NCBI GenBank assembly: GCA_013239625.1
Contig: MU056050.1
Location: 4,264,084-4,328,083 of the forward strand
Source: Lama guanicoe
Taxonomy: Eukaryota
Reading direction: 5' to 3'
Length of the DNA: 64,000 nt
Shown: positions 63,022-64,000 of the stretch, piece by piece
Numbering within the stretch: the first letter of the stretch is position 1
How the letters are laid out: each line of letters begins with the position of its first letter
Translations under genes and position numbers: made by a program
The notes under the pieces: generated by a model
Seen by the model: only the letters and a program-made list of their open reading frames with translations
Told to the model about the DNA's origin: nothing
Database searches by the model: none

Positions 63022-64000
63022 GGGGCGACGCCAGGAACATGGCAGAGTGAAAAGCTACCTTTATCTCCTCCTTTCAACCTTGCAATGAATAAAACATCCA
63101 CAACTCAACGAAAGTGCCTCTGCCCAACACAACAGGTTGCCTGAGAATTCCACACATGTTTACATCCAAAGTTGGGTAGACCGGAACACATAGAGAAGGT
63201 GGAACTGAGGGAATAGTGGAGTATGTGCCTGCAATCCTGACCCTAAGACTGTAGCAGCTGAGCCCACAGCTTTTGAGACCCCAGTAGCAGCAAGGGGAGC
63301 CATGTACATGACTCTGGTCTCACAAACATACCAGCCTCTGCAGCCACAGGTAACTAACTGGGCAGCAGCAGCAGCAGTGGGGCCTGGGATTCAATTACTC
63401 CAGCCACTGAAGCACTTAAGACCTCAGACCTCACCTCCTCATCCAAAGTGGCAGAGCCCATGAACCTTACAACACCAGACACAGTAGAGGCACCTGCATG
63501 ACACCAGCTCCCCACATCACTACCCCCTACCCCCATGGCAGAAACTGTGTCTCAGGAGATCCTGGACACAAGAGAAGAACCCAATGATGACATCCATTCT
63601 GGCAGAAGCAAGACAGCAATGACCCCAGAGGTAACAAAAAGAGACAAGGCATGCAGCCATACCTCTTACAGAGAAGGGGGAGGCTGGGAAGTCCCAACTC
63701 TTAAATATAAGAGGCAGCTGAGGCAAGAGAATCCAAAAACTTGTGTTACAGCGCCACCTACCAGAAAACAGAAAAAAGACTCTAACTTCTAACGTCATTA
63801 ACTTCAAATGCACCGGCTGGGGAACAATTCATCAAGTACCATGAAGAACCACAATAACACTATACCACAAAAAGAAAATCATAATTCTCCAGAAACAAAA
63901 CAAGTCACAAAATAGTGTGATTTAACTGATAGAGAATTCAAAGTAGGTGTCGTGAAGTAACTCAATGAGATACAAGAAAACACAGAAAAGCAATTTAATG
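63022..64000 (+). mobile_element. L1 (L1M2/L1M3-type) 5' UTR and start of ORF1, running off the window end
   Basis: G-rich start followed by 'aacatggcagag' (YY1-like) and a GC-richer UTR. ORF1-like coding from ~63808 with stops and frameshifts ('gatagagaattcaaagtaggtgtcgtgaagtaactcaatgagatacaagaaaacacagaaaagcaatttaat' = DREFKVGVVK*LNEIQENTEKQFN). Confidence 0.85.

Noticed and set aside
1..64000. CRISPR array, operon, rRNA or other prokaryote-type system
   Set aside because: No regularly spaced repeats, no dense coding and no rRNA-like sequence; the window is mammalian repeat-rich DNA.

Overview
AT-rich mammalian genomic DNA made largely of transposable-element fossils: L1, L2, MIR, MaLR/ERVL/ERV1 solo LTRs, Tigger and hAT DNA transposons, and microsatellites. 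I see no supportable host protein-coding exon, RNA gene or prokaryote-type system. The only ORFs with recognisable protein similarity are fragments of L1 ORF2 and Tigger1 transposase. Two tRNA-Ala(AGC)-derived SINEs and a young non-primate, non-ruminant-looking L1, with no Alu, BovB/Bov-tA, PRE1 or Can-SINE, suggest a camelid genome (inference). The most interesting structures are retrotransposition products: (1) a SINE plus L1 fragment inside one target-site duplication (TSD) pair at ~22.1-22.35 kb; (2) a GC-rich, TSD-flanked, A-tailed retrocopy of an unidentified transcript at ~26.0-26.5 kb; (3) a full-length Tigger1 with a nested Tigger2-type MITE; (4) an L1 5'UTR fused directly to an L1 3'UTR; (5) a twin-primed inverted L1; (6) a possible micro 3' transduction; and (7) a young L1 with an intact ORF2 C-terminus inserted into an old antisense L1. 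I found no evidence of a new biological system. Repeat family names come from remembered consensus sequences, boundaries of old elements are approximate, and all need RepeatMasker/Dfam confirmation.
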